A DNA stretch of 64,000 nucleotides from Candidatus Latescibacterota bacterium (GTDB taxonomy: Bacteria > Latescibacterota > UBA2968 > UBA8231). The stretch is taken from positions 3,424,001 through 3,488,000 of the forward strand of contig OZ241867.1 of assembly GCA_965203175.1 (NCBI GenBank), given 5' to 3'. The first letter of the stretch is position 1. Each line of letters starts with the position of its first letter. Shown here in pieces: positions 48,306-56,928 of this stretch. Made by a program: the position numbers and the translations under genes. The notes beneath the pieces are model-generated. The model made no database searches and was not told the origin of the DNA. It saw nothing but the letters and a program-made list of their open reading frames with translations.

Positions 48306-48334
48306 CATATAAAGAAATAAGACTGGGAAATCAA
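48306..48334 (-). promoter_or_regulatory. Putative sigma70 promoter in the AT-rich region upstream of the six-gene unit
   Basis: TTGATT-N17-TATATG on the minus strand; AT-rich upstream tract 48340-48440. Confidence 0.5.
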
Positions 48335-48460
48335 GCTGATTTTTGTAAAGCATTGTTTCTATGAAATTTGCAATTATAAAGACGTAAGTTGTTTATTTAT
48401 AGGTAGTTACATATGAAATATTTCTATAAAATTAGGCCGAAATCGCAAAAAGTGTACGAA

Positions 48461-50137
48461 CTATCGATCTATGTGGACAATGCCCTCGCCCTCTTGCAGC
48501 ACCACGAGCCTATTGGCAGAGAGGTTTTCAAACCGTTCTTGTAGGCCACTTGGCCAGTGCACTACCAACAAGTCTATGGCTACTCTCTGACCCAAGCCGA
48601 AATGGGCTCTCAAATCATTGTGCGAGAGATAGCTGGCACCACTCCGGATTTCGGCGCTTTGCGTGAGCCCTCCACTGCGGACCTCAATCCTAGCCCCTAT
48701 GCCGTCTCTATTGCTTGCACTCCCTATAGTCTTGACCATTAACCAGTTATTCTCATTGCCTCCGTCGTTGCGCAACAAAGTGGGGCGATCGTTGATATTC
48801 AGGACAAATATGTCTAGATCTCCATCATCGTCGTAATCCCCAAAGGAAGCCCCTCTGCTCACTTTTTTAATCTCCAAGCCCTTCCCCGATAGCTGCGATA
48901 CCTCGATAAAGGTACCATCGCCCAAATTTTCAAAGAGTTGATTGGTCTGGGCATAGCTCGTGCCTAGGTTGGCCCTGTCCAATTGTGGGAAGAGGTGGCC
49001 ATTGGCGACGAAGAGATCTTTATCGCCGTCGTTGTCATAGTCGAAAAACTCGGTGCCCCAAGCCAAAAACTGGAAACTCTCCTTGCCCACGCCGGCGTCA
49101 AAGCTGAGGTCGGAAAAGAATGTGCCGCGGTCGTTGTGGTAAAGCGTATTGGTCTGCTCCCAGAAGTTGGTGACTAATATGTCTTGGTACAGGTCATTGT
49201 CGTAATCCCCATAGGCAATGCCCATGCAGCCTTGAGCCTCGCCGCTTTCGCCATAGGCAGCACCGATCATCCAGCCGATATCGGCAAAAGTCCCATCGCC
49301 TTGGTTCTGATAAAGGAAATTGGCCCCTGTGTCGTTGGCCACATAGATGTCCACATCGCCGTCCCGGTCGTAATCGCCGCCGACCACGCCCATACCGTAG
49401 AGCTTATCTTGGTCCACCACCCGCGCCTCCACGGTCACATCTGCAAAAATCCCGTCGCCTTGGTTGCGATATAGGATATCCCCACTTCCCTTCATTCCGC
49501 GCGGTCCGAAGTGAACCCTTAAACCTTTCCACATATAGGACTTATTGGGAGTAGTCTGCAGAAAGTGCTTGAAATCGACGTAATTGGCTACGTACAGGTC
49601 TAGATATCCGTCGCCATCGTAATCGAGGAAGGCGCATCCTGTGCCGAATCGCTCGTCTCCTACTTGGGCGTACTCGGTCACATCGACAAAAGTCCCGTCG
49701 CCTTGGTTAGCGTACAGTACGTTCCTGCCGTAGTTGGTTATATAAATGTCCAAATCGCCATCGTTGTCGTAATCGCCGACGGCGCAGCCCATACCCCAGC
49801 CTGCGTCGCCCAAGTTTGCTTCGTCGGTAGCATCGACGAATTTACCACGCTCGTTTCTATAAAAGGTATTGCGCGGGTGCTCTTGATCTGGAAAGCCAAC
49901 TACCTTCGACCCGTTCAAGATGTACAAATCCAAATCTCCGTCTTGGTCGTAGTCGAAAAAAGCCGAGCCTCCCATCATGCTGTCGACTAAGTACGTCTGT
50001 TCGCTATCCCCGGAGACGTTCTGCGCCACAACCCCCACTTCCTCTGCTACATCCACGAACTGGACTCGCCTTTCTACTGCCCGTTCTTCGACAGCTAAGA
50101 GCCGTGAGGAAATGAGTAGGAGAAAAAAGAAATGCAT
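48461..50137 (-). CDS. CRTAC1-family protein (FG-GAP plus ASPIC/UnbV)
   Basis: DYDQDGDLD repeats, SNRDGIGA, SYLSHND.R.HFGLG. Confidence 0.92.
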   Translation of the reverse strand: MHFFFLLLISSRLLAVEERAVERRVQFVDVAEEVGVVAQNVSGDSEQTYLVDSMMGGSAFFDYDQDGDLDLYILNGSKVVGFPDQEHPRNTFYRNERGKFVDATDEANLGDAGWGMGCAVGDYDNDGDLDIYITNYGRNVLYANQGDGTFVDVTEYAQVGDERFGTGCAFLDYDGDGYLDLYVANYVDFKHFLQTTPNKSYMWKGLRVHFGPRGMKGSGDILYRNQGDGIFADVTVEARVVDQDKLYGMGVVGGDYDRDGDVDIYVANDTGANFLYQNQGDGTFADIGWMIGAAYGESGEAQGCMGIAYGDYDNDLYQDILVTNFWEQTNTLYHNDRGTFFSDLSFDAGVGKESFQFLAWGTEFFDYDNDGDKDLFVANGHLFPQLDRANLGTSYAQTNQLFENLGDGTFIEVSQLSGKGLEIKKVSRGASFGDYDDDGDLDIFVLNINDRPTLLRNDGGNENNWLMVKTIGSASNRDGIGARIEVRSGGLTQSAEIRSGASYLSHNDLRAHFGLGQRVAIDLLVVHWPSGLQERFENLSANRLVVLQEGEGIVHIDR

Positions 50138-50166
50138 ATAAACTAGCAGTCTCTATGAGGTGGGGG

Positions 50167-51729
50167 CTACTGTCGTTTGGCGTCCAAGCTCTGGATAATC
50201 TCCTGTTGCTCTTCTGCTTCCCGGTAGCGCCCTGCTTTGATATAGGCACCTTTGAGCAACCGGCGGTACTCGAGATTATGCGGATCGAGACCGATGGCTA
50301 GCTTGTACTCATTGATCGCCTTTATATACCTACCCTGTTGGGTATAGTGAGCGGCTAATTCGCCGTGGTATTTTGGATTGTCGGGCACTAAGACGACACG
50401 CTGTTCCATATCTGCTATATTGCCTTCGCGCAGTTCTTTGAAAATTTCCATCTCCTTTGCACCCTCTGCTCCTCTGCCCTGTTTCAGATAGACGTTGGCC
50501 AGACCGAAATGTGCTTCGGCATTGTAGTAGTCGAGCTCGATGGCCTTTTTGAATTTGCCAATCGCCTCCTCCTCTCTGCCGATCTTGGCATATACGGCCC
50601 CCAAGGCGTAGTGGAAAACTGACCGGTCGGGCTCGAGCCGGATGGCATACTGGTATTCCTCAATAGCGGCTTGGTATTTTTTATCTCTCGAGTAGATCAT
50701 GCCGAGCCGATAACGGGTGTAAGCCATATCGGGATTAACTGCGAGTGCCTTGACGAATTGCTCCGCTGCTTTGTCGTACTGTCGCTGGCGTTCATAGGCC
50801 ATACCTAGATTGTGCTGGAACCAGCCGTTTTCAGGAGCCAACTCCACAGCCTTGCGATGCTCCTCAACAGCGGCTGCTAGCTTGTCTTGGTCCGCCATTA
50901 CAGCCCCCAGTAGGGCTAGAGACTGGTCGGTGTAGACCAAGCCTAGTTTATCGTGTACCTCGGCCCAACTCGGCTCGAGTTGCAAGGTTTTGTGGAATGC
51001 TTCTGCGGCCTCTGCAAGTTTGCCTATTGCCATATAGGCGTTGCCCAAGACGAAGTGGATAGACGGTTCGTTGGCGACCAGCTTGGCCGCTTGCCGCAAT
51101 TCCTCTATGGCTTGAGAATAGGCCCCTTCTTCTAGATATATCGTCCCGAGCCGATAGCGAGAGGGACCGTAGTTGGGGTTGAGGTCGATAACAGCTTTGA
51201 AATGCTCTGCTGCTTTAGCCCGCTCTTGGGTCTGTATGTAGATAACACCCAAGCCGTGGTGAGCGGGAAAATACTTGGGGTTGGCCTCAATGGCTTTTTG
51301 ATAAGAATCGAGACCCTCGTCGTACTCTTGGCGAATAAAAAAAATTTTACCCAACTTGTAGTGTGCCGGTGCGTAGTCCGGATCAATCTGGAGGACCTTG
51401 GCAAATTCCTCTTCCGCCTCGCCCAATCGGTTTTGCAAGGCGTAGATGAAACCGAGGCCGTCGTGCGGATAGATATTATTAGCGTCTAATTCTATCGCTT
51501 GCTTGTATTCCCTCTCCGCACTTTCATAGTCGCCCCTTTGGGCATGGCGCATGCCGAGCCTATAATGCTCTTGGCTCCTTGAGGAAGCTCTTGCCTCGCC
51601 ATCCTGTCCATGCGCGGCTCCAACGTGGTACAGGATACATATCAATGAAATTGCATGGCCGATTCGGCAAATAGTGCCCGGTGTCTTCCGTAGTTTTGGA
51701 AAATGCATAGAGAAATTACCCTCTCGCAA
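50167..51729 (-). CDS. Tetratricopeptide repeat protein, secreted
   Basis: About 12 tandem TPR units (AHYKLG, A...DP.Y); N-terminal signal-like segment. Confidence 0.92.
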   Translation of the reverse strand: MREGNFSMHFPKLRKTPGTICRIGHAISLICILYHVGAAHGQDGEARASSRSQEHYRLGMRHAQRGDYESAEREYKQAIELDANNIYPHDGLGFIYALQNRLGEAEEEFAKVLQIDPDYAPAHYKLGKIFFIRQEYDEGLDSYQKAIEANPKYFPAHHGLGVIYIQTQERAKAAEHFKAVIDLNPNYGPSRYRLGTIYLEEGAYSQAIEELRQAAKLVANEPSIHFVLGNAYMAIGKLAEAAEAFHKTLQLEPSWAEVHDKLGLVYTDQSLALLGAVMADQDKLAAAVEEHRKAVELAPENGWFQHNLGMAYERQRQYDKAAEQFVKALAVNPDMAYTRYRLGMIYSRDKKYQAAIEEYQYAIRLEPDRSVFHYALGAVYAKIGREEEAIGKFKKAIELDYYNAEAHFGLANVYLKQGRGAEGAKEMEIFKELREGNIADMEQRVVLVPDNPKYHGELAAHYTQQGRYIKAINEYKLAIGLDPHNLEYRRLLKGAYIKAGRYREAEEQQEIIQSLDAKRQ

Positions 51730-51765
51730 AGAGCATCGTGAATCTTGCCAAACGGGCGGGGGAGA

Positions 51766-53997
51766 CTAGTGGTTGTGTGTCATCTCGTCCGATTCATTGC
51801 CCGGAGCGATAGCGAAAGATTTAAACTGCCGGTGAATTGGACGCGAATCACCTTCGCGGATATATAAACTTTGGTCCATCTCGACGTCGTTGAAAATCTG
51901 CACTTCTCCGCTGGTGGGCCAGACGATTTCGATCGCCTGGATAGACTCAGCCTGTCCTAGCCCTATTTCGCATTGCAGGCTGGAGGCACCAAAACTGCCC
52001 CCACTGGTCACCGCGTAATGAATGTCGCGGCTGCCATGTGCGGTGTTCACGCTTACCTTTACGCGCACTCCAATGGCGGACCGATTGGTACGCCTGCCCT
52101 CGAGCCGAAGCTTGATCCAATGATTGCCGTGGCCCGGATTGGCAAAGAGGACATTCTGATAGACATCGCCGGTAAAGGCCCCGCCAATGACCGAAAAAAC
52201 ATCTTGGTCGCCATCGTGGTCAATATCGCCAAAAGCCACACCGTGGCCCTTTTGCAAATGCCCAAAGCCACCCGAGGTGGTGATATCTTGGAAGAAATTG
52301 CCGTCGGCATTGCGGAACATGCGGTTGGGGACTATCGTAGCCATATACGGGTCGCCGGTGCCGATATAACAATCTTGGTACCCGTCGTTGTCTAGGTCGC
52401 CGAAATTGCTGCCCATGGCTAGGAGGGGTTCATCGAGCCCGACTTCGCGCGTGACATCGGTGAAAGTCACGTCGCCGTTGTTGCGGTATAGACGGGGTTC
52501 TTCAGCGCGGTGCGGCAAGCCCAGATAAGCGGCCGCTACGTCCGCTACCTCACCCTTAAAACCGGCGACGAATAGATCCTGCCACCCATCGTTGTCGTAG
52601 TCCCAGAACCAAGTCGGAAAACTATAGGGTGGCCCGGCTACACCTGCCGTGGCCGTCACATCGGCGAAATGCCCGCTCCCCTGATTGCTAAAGAGCAGAT
52701 TAGATTCTTCGGGATTCAAACGCGAGATATACAGATCCAGTTGTCCATCGTTGTTGTAGTCGCCCCATACCACTCCTTTAACCCAGCCGACCACATCGAG
52801 TCCTGCTGTCTCGGCCACATCGACGAATTGTACCGCCGATACTCCGCGCCCAGAGTCTTCGCCTTGGTTGCGGAACAACTCGCACGGATGAATGGCGCTA
52901 CCCTGAGATTCGTTGCCGACAAATAGGTCAACCCAACCGTCGTTGTCGAAATCGCCCCAGGTCGCTGTCTGCGTTGGGTGGAAAGTGAGCAAGCCGGCTG
53001 CCTCGGTTGCATCGAAAAATCGCCCATTTCCCCGATTGGCCAACAGCGAGTTGGGGTAGCGTCCCTCGTCGAGCCAAGCGCCGCGCAGCACCAGTACATC
53101 TGCATAGCCGTTATTATCGTAGTCGGCTTGGCAGATATTTAAGCCACCCACAATACCCTCCAAACCTGCTGCTTGTGTGTGATCGGCAAAGGTGCCGTCT
53201 CCCTGGTTGCGGAAGTAGCGGAGTGGGTCGCGCAGGCCCCAAGATGAAGCCACGATATCGAGGTAGCCGTCGCCGTCAAAGTCTTCCATAATGGCTCCAC
53301 CTGAGAGTCCCACCACATCCAGCCCCAATTGGGGAGCGACATCGCGAAAATTCCCAATATCGTAGTCAGAGGTGAATACTTCGGGTGGAATCAGCAAGTT
53401 CTGCGGCACCTCTTCTGGGTATTGACCCAGCGTCATATAGGCGATATTGAGTAGCCAACGAGCCGACAAATCGTTTGGATTTCTGCTCAGAACCCCTAAA
53501 AACTCCTCGATAGCAGCGCTCGATCCGCGCTTTATTTGGTGCACTCCTGTGCCGCGGATCGGCATTAGACAGGAGTCGATATTGTGTTGCACAATACAGT
53601 TTTCTTGCTCTCCCAAACGCAGATAGGCCAAGCCCACTAGCAGTTGGAGAGAATGCCGAAGCCGAGGATGGTGGACCACAGTCTGCAGTTGCCGGTACTC
53701 CTGTACTGCTCGATCGGATTGGCCAGCTTGCAGCAGTTCGTTGGCAAGAGAAAAGTGGACTTGTAGGATTTGATCTCGCCCCTGAGGATTGGTGGCTGCA
53801 CTGGATTGGCGTAGGCGGTCCAACTGAGCGTGGAAATATGCAACTCGGTCCAAATTCACATACGGATGTAGGGCAGGATCGATGTTGGCGGCTATGTCTT
53901 CTAGGAGTTCAGCCATGCGCTGAGTGCTGGCCGCCTGCTCTCGCTCGGTACAGGCTACTAAGACAAGAAACCATCCTACAATAATTGGGATCCGCAT
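51766..53997 (-). CDS. CRTAC1-family lipoprotein with N-terminal TPR/Cys domain
   Basis: Lipobox LVAC; LRLGEQENC...SC; DFDGDG repeats; GFGHLQKGHG; ASPIC C-terminus; start ATG 53997. Confidence 0.88.
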   Translation of the reverse strand: MRIPIIVGWFLVLVACTEREQAASTQRMAELLEDIAANIDPALHPYVNLDRVAYFHAQLDRLRQSSAATNPQGRDQILQVHFSLANELLQAGQSDRAVQEYRQLQTVVHHPRLRHSLQLLVGLAYLRLGEQENCIVQHNIDSCLMPIRGTGVHQIKRGSSAAIEEFLGVLSRNPNDLSARWLLNIAYMTLGQYPEEVPQNLLIPPEVFTSDYDIGNFRDVAPQLGLDVVGLSGGAIMEDFDGDGYLDIVASSWGLRDPLRYFRNQGDGTFADHTQAAGLEGIVGGLNICQADYDNNGYADVLVLRGAWLDEGRYPNSLLANRGNGRFFDATEAAGLLTFHPTQTATWGDFDNDGWVDLFVGNESQGSAIHPCELFRNQGEDSGRGVSAVQFVDVAETAGLDVVGWVKGVVWGDYNNDGQLDLYISRLNPEESNLLFSNQGSGHFADVTATAGVAGPPYSFPTWFWDYDNDGWQDLFVAGFKGEVADVAAAYLGLPHRAEEPRLYRNNGDVTFTDVTREVGLDEPLLAMGSNFGDLDNDGYQDCYIGTGDPYMATIVPNRMFRNADGNFFQDITTSGGFGHLQKGHGVAFGDIDHDGDQDVFSVIGGAFTGDVYQNVLFANPGHGNHWIKLRLEGRRTNRSAIGVRVKVSVNTAHGSRDIHYAVTSGGSFGASSLQCEIGLGQAESIQAIEIVWPTSGEVQIFNDVEMDQSLYIREGDSRPIHRQFKSFAIAPGNESDEMTHNH

Positions 53998-54140
53998 AGA
54001 GCGATCTGCCTTGTCATTGTCATTATTGCTCTCTGCCAGCCTGCCCCTGCAACCTGGACGAGGGGATAGACCAGCCTTTCGTGCTCCATCATAAAAGACG
54101 GCTGCCATACAATCTATTTTTAAGTGCGCAACAACCGAGC

Positions 54141-55121
54141 CTACTCGAAAAACCCGTCGGGGTACGGATCGGGATTGAGCAGAGGAGCCGTCCAGTCGCC
54201 AATTTCGTCCAGCCTCACCGGGGCACCGCCGCACTCCACGTGCGATTTGAAGCCGGCGAGAAACATCTGCACCTTCTCGTAGATGGCCTCGTAGGGTTCG
54301 GGCATTTTTCGGGTTTCGAACATCTCCTGCATCTCCAGCAGCAGGGGAACCCAAAAGTGGATGCCGCTGTGCACGAACTGCTCGAAGGTGCGCTCCCCGA
54401 ACACCCGAATCCAGCCCCACGTCCCCGATATTTCCTGCAGCGATCCGTAAAAAGTCTTTCCGCCTTCTCCTCTGGGTTCGTATTCAAAGGTGAGGTGACC
54501 ATTGGGGACATGCCAGTCGGGCGTTTGGTAGGCCACGCTCTTAATGCCGCCGCCGATACATGCGTAGATCATGTACAGGCCGTGAATGCCATGGGTGGCG
54601 TAATCGGACATGGAGTTGGCCGCGGCAAAACCCCTGATCGGTTCAATGGCCGCCACTTCGCGTTTGATGTGCTCAATTTCCGGTGCCGAGCCGAAGGATG
54701 AACCCGACATGATGGGAGTGTCGTGCTTTTTGGACAAATCAATTATTTCCTGCGCGTCTTGGAGGTTAAGGGCAAAAGGGCGGTTGATGAAGATGGGGAC
54801 GCCGGCCTCCAAATAGGGTCTGGCCAGTTCCTTGAAATGCAGAGTTGAGTCAAAATCGGAGAGAATGACACCGTCTACCTTGCCGACCATATCCCAATAG
54901 TTCTCCACCGCTTCGACTCCTTTGTATGTATCGCAGAAGTCCTTGACGCCTTCTTTGTCCATATCCCAGACGTGGGTCATGACCATGCCCGTCATACGCG
55001 TCGTGCAGCCCATGAATTGGCGCGGGCAAGAGGGATCTATGATAGGACCCCATATACCTGAGATGTGCACGTACCGGGCGCAGGTTAGAACGCCCACTCT
55101 GACGAGAGATACATTCGACAT
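54141..55121 (-). CDS. Gfo/Idh/MocA-like oxidoreductase (divergent)
   Basis: THVWD, MVGKVDGV, H..LARPYLEAGVPIFINRP, SGSS, HGIH. Confidence 0.75.
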   Translation of the reverse strand: MSNVSLVRVGVLTCARYVHISGIWGPIIDPSCPRQFMGCTTRMTGMVMTHVWDMDKEGVKDFCDTYKGVEAVENYWDMVGKVDGVILSDFDSTLHFKELARPYLEAGVPIFINRPFALNLQDAQEIIDLSKKHDTPIMSGSSFGSAPEIEHIKREVAAIEPIRGFAAANSMSDYATHGIHGLYMIYACIGGGIKSVAYQTPDWHVPNGHLTFEYEPRGEGGKTFYGSLQEISGTWGWIRVFGERTFEQFVHSGIHFWVPLLLEMQEMFETRKMPEPYEAIYEKVQMFLAGFKSHVECGGAPVRLDEIGDWTAPLLNPDPYPDGFFE

Positions 55122-55312
55122 TATCTTTCTCCTTTTTCTATTGAGGGGGAGATCTATTGCGGCAAAGTGCCTCTAAGAATACGGACGCGGTATTGAGTCA
55201 ACAAGATGAATGTTGGAATAGATGGCCCATCGGCACTGCATTGCGAAACTGGTGAATCAGTGCGTTATTGCGTACATACTGTGTAGTAGATCAAACGAGT
55301 AAGGAGGTGTCA

Positions 55313-56137
55313 ATGCCCGTTATCGACGCTCATGTTCACGTGCTGCCCAACTTTCCTGCTATGGCTCCTTGGGAAGATCTGGGGCGAGTAGATCGGCTCC
55401 TCCACCACATGGACGAATGCGATGTCGACAAAGCCGTCGTGCTGCCGGTGGTGGCGGAGTACTCGCCGGGCAACAATCAGGAATGCGCCCAATGGGGGAG
55501 AGAGCACCCCGATCGGTTGGCCGTATTGACGGATGTGCCCATGCACCAGGAAGACGCCGCAGAGAGAGTCTTGCGGGCGGGCGAGGAATTCGGTGCCGTG
55601 GGCACCAGTTACTACCCTCCCAAGCTCAATGAGAAAATGCAGTGGATGTTGGAAGAGGCTTGCGATGCGCTCTGGCGGGCGTACAAAGACACTGGCCTAG
55701 TCTGCAATCTGCAAATCGGGCCAGCCAATTACGGACTCTTGCTGGAGTTGGCGCAGAGACATCCAGAGATCCGCTTTGTCGCCAATCATCTAGCCCTGCC
55801 CGCGCTAGCCGGCGGCCCCGATGCCCAAGACGAGACGTACGGGGGACTGCTGCAGGCATCGGCTTATCCCAATTTGTCGATTAAAGCGTCGGGCTTCTAC
55901 GCGGCGGCGACCACCTCTTGGGATTTCCGCTGCCCCCAGGCGCTGGGATTTTTCAACCGCCTGCTCAAGGGTTTGGGAGCCGACCGCCTGCTGTGGGGGT
56001 CGGATTGGCCGCCGGTTGGCCGCCATGTCACGTACCGACAAAGTTTAGAAATAATCCGTACTTTTGCCTCGGAGTTGGACGAAGGGGATCGGGCCAAAGT
56101 GTTGGGGGAGAACGCCGCCCGGGTTTACGGGATTTGA
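55313..56137 (+). CDS. Amidohydrolase family 2 protein
   Basis: IDAHVH, VANHL, RLLWGSDWP, GENAARVY; AAGGAGG SD. Confidence 0.9.
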   Translation: MPVIDAHVHVLPNFPAMAPWEDLGRVDRLLHHMDECDVDKAVVLPVVAEYSPGNNQECAQWGREHPDRLAVLTDVPMHQEDAAERVLRAGEEFGAVGTSYYPPKLNEKMQWMLEEACDALWRAYKDTGLVCNLQIGPANYGLLLELAQRHPEIRFVANHLALPALAGGPDAQDETYGGLLQASAYPNLSIKASGFYAAATTSWDFRCPQALGFFNRLLKGLGADRLLWGSDWPPVGRHVTYRQSLEIIRTFASELDEGDRAKVLGENAARVYGI

Positions 56138-56164
56138 GTGACGCCTAATTGAAAGGGACTTATT

Positions 56165-56896
56165 GTGCTGAATACCGACGTCGAGCGCTTTGACTCAGAA
56201 GGCTATTGCTTTTTCCCCGATGTTTTCGGGCCAGACGAAGTCGACGCCATGCAGTATTCGCTGGACGTGGGCGTGCGCGCGGGTTTTCTCGACCGGGATC
56301 AATACTACGGCGAGCCACATACCAAGGAAGTGTTCTGGCTGGAGGTCTGCCGCTATCCGTATCTACTCGATGCGGTGGAAGCCATCTTGGGTCCCAACCT
56401 GATCTTGGTCTATTCGAGCATGTTCATCAAGCTGCCGGGCGATGGAACCAGCGTGGGTTGGCACCAAGACAATAACTACTGGCCCAGCGTCCACGGCACC
56501 GATGTGGCCACAGTGTGGCTGGCGCTCGACGACGCGGACGCTGAAAACGCCGCCATGCGCATCATACCCGGTTCACACCGGGACTACCGGGAGATGGAAA
56601 CCGTGCCTGCGGAGGAGACCGAGATGCTGAGAAAGAAGGTGCCGGTCGCCCCCGAAATGGAGGACCAAGCCGTGATGATGGAGATGAAGGCCGGTAGTCT
56701 GTCCATTCACGATTCCTACATTCTGCACGGCAGCGAGGCCAATGAAAGTGGCCGCCGCCGCGCCGGCTATACGATTCGCTACTGCAGTACAGATACCGCT
56801 TGGGTGGACATGGACCAACATCCGATTCCTGTGTTTCTAGTGCGCGGGGAAGGGGGACCACTGGGGGAGCGGTATACGGATCTGCGACCTGAATAA
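56165..56896 (+). CDS. PhyH-family dioxygenase
   Basis: GWHQDNNYW, VWLALDDA, IIPGSH, LHGS..N.SGRRR. Confidence 0.92.
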   Translation: MLNTDVERFDSEGYCFFPDVFGPDEVDAMQYSLDVGVRAGFLDRDQYYGEPHTKEVFWLEVCRYPYLLDAVEAILGPNLILVYSSMFIKLPGDGTSVGWHQDNNYWPSVHGTDVATVWLALDDADAENAAMRIIPGSHRDYREMETVPAEETEMLRKKVPVAPEMEDQAVMMEMKAGSLSIHDSYILHGSEANESGRRRAGYTIRYCSTDTAWVDMDQHPIPVFLVRGEGGPLGERYTDLRPE

Positions 56897-56928
56897 CTCG
56901 ATGCTTGTACACTTAGGAGGAACCCCCA

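Noticed and set aside
53998-54420. N-terminal extensions in the ORF track (also 2062, 17806, 26983, 29113, 59346, 63934)
   Set aside because: They overlap neighbouring genes or promoters; downstream starts fit SD sequences, signal peptides or domain boundaries better
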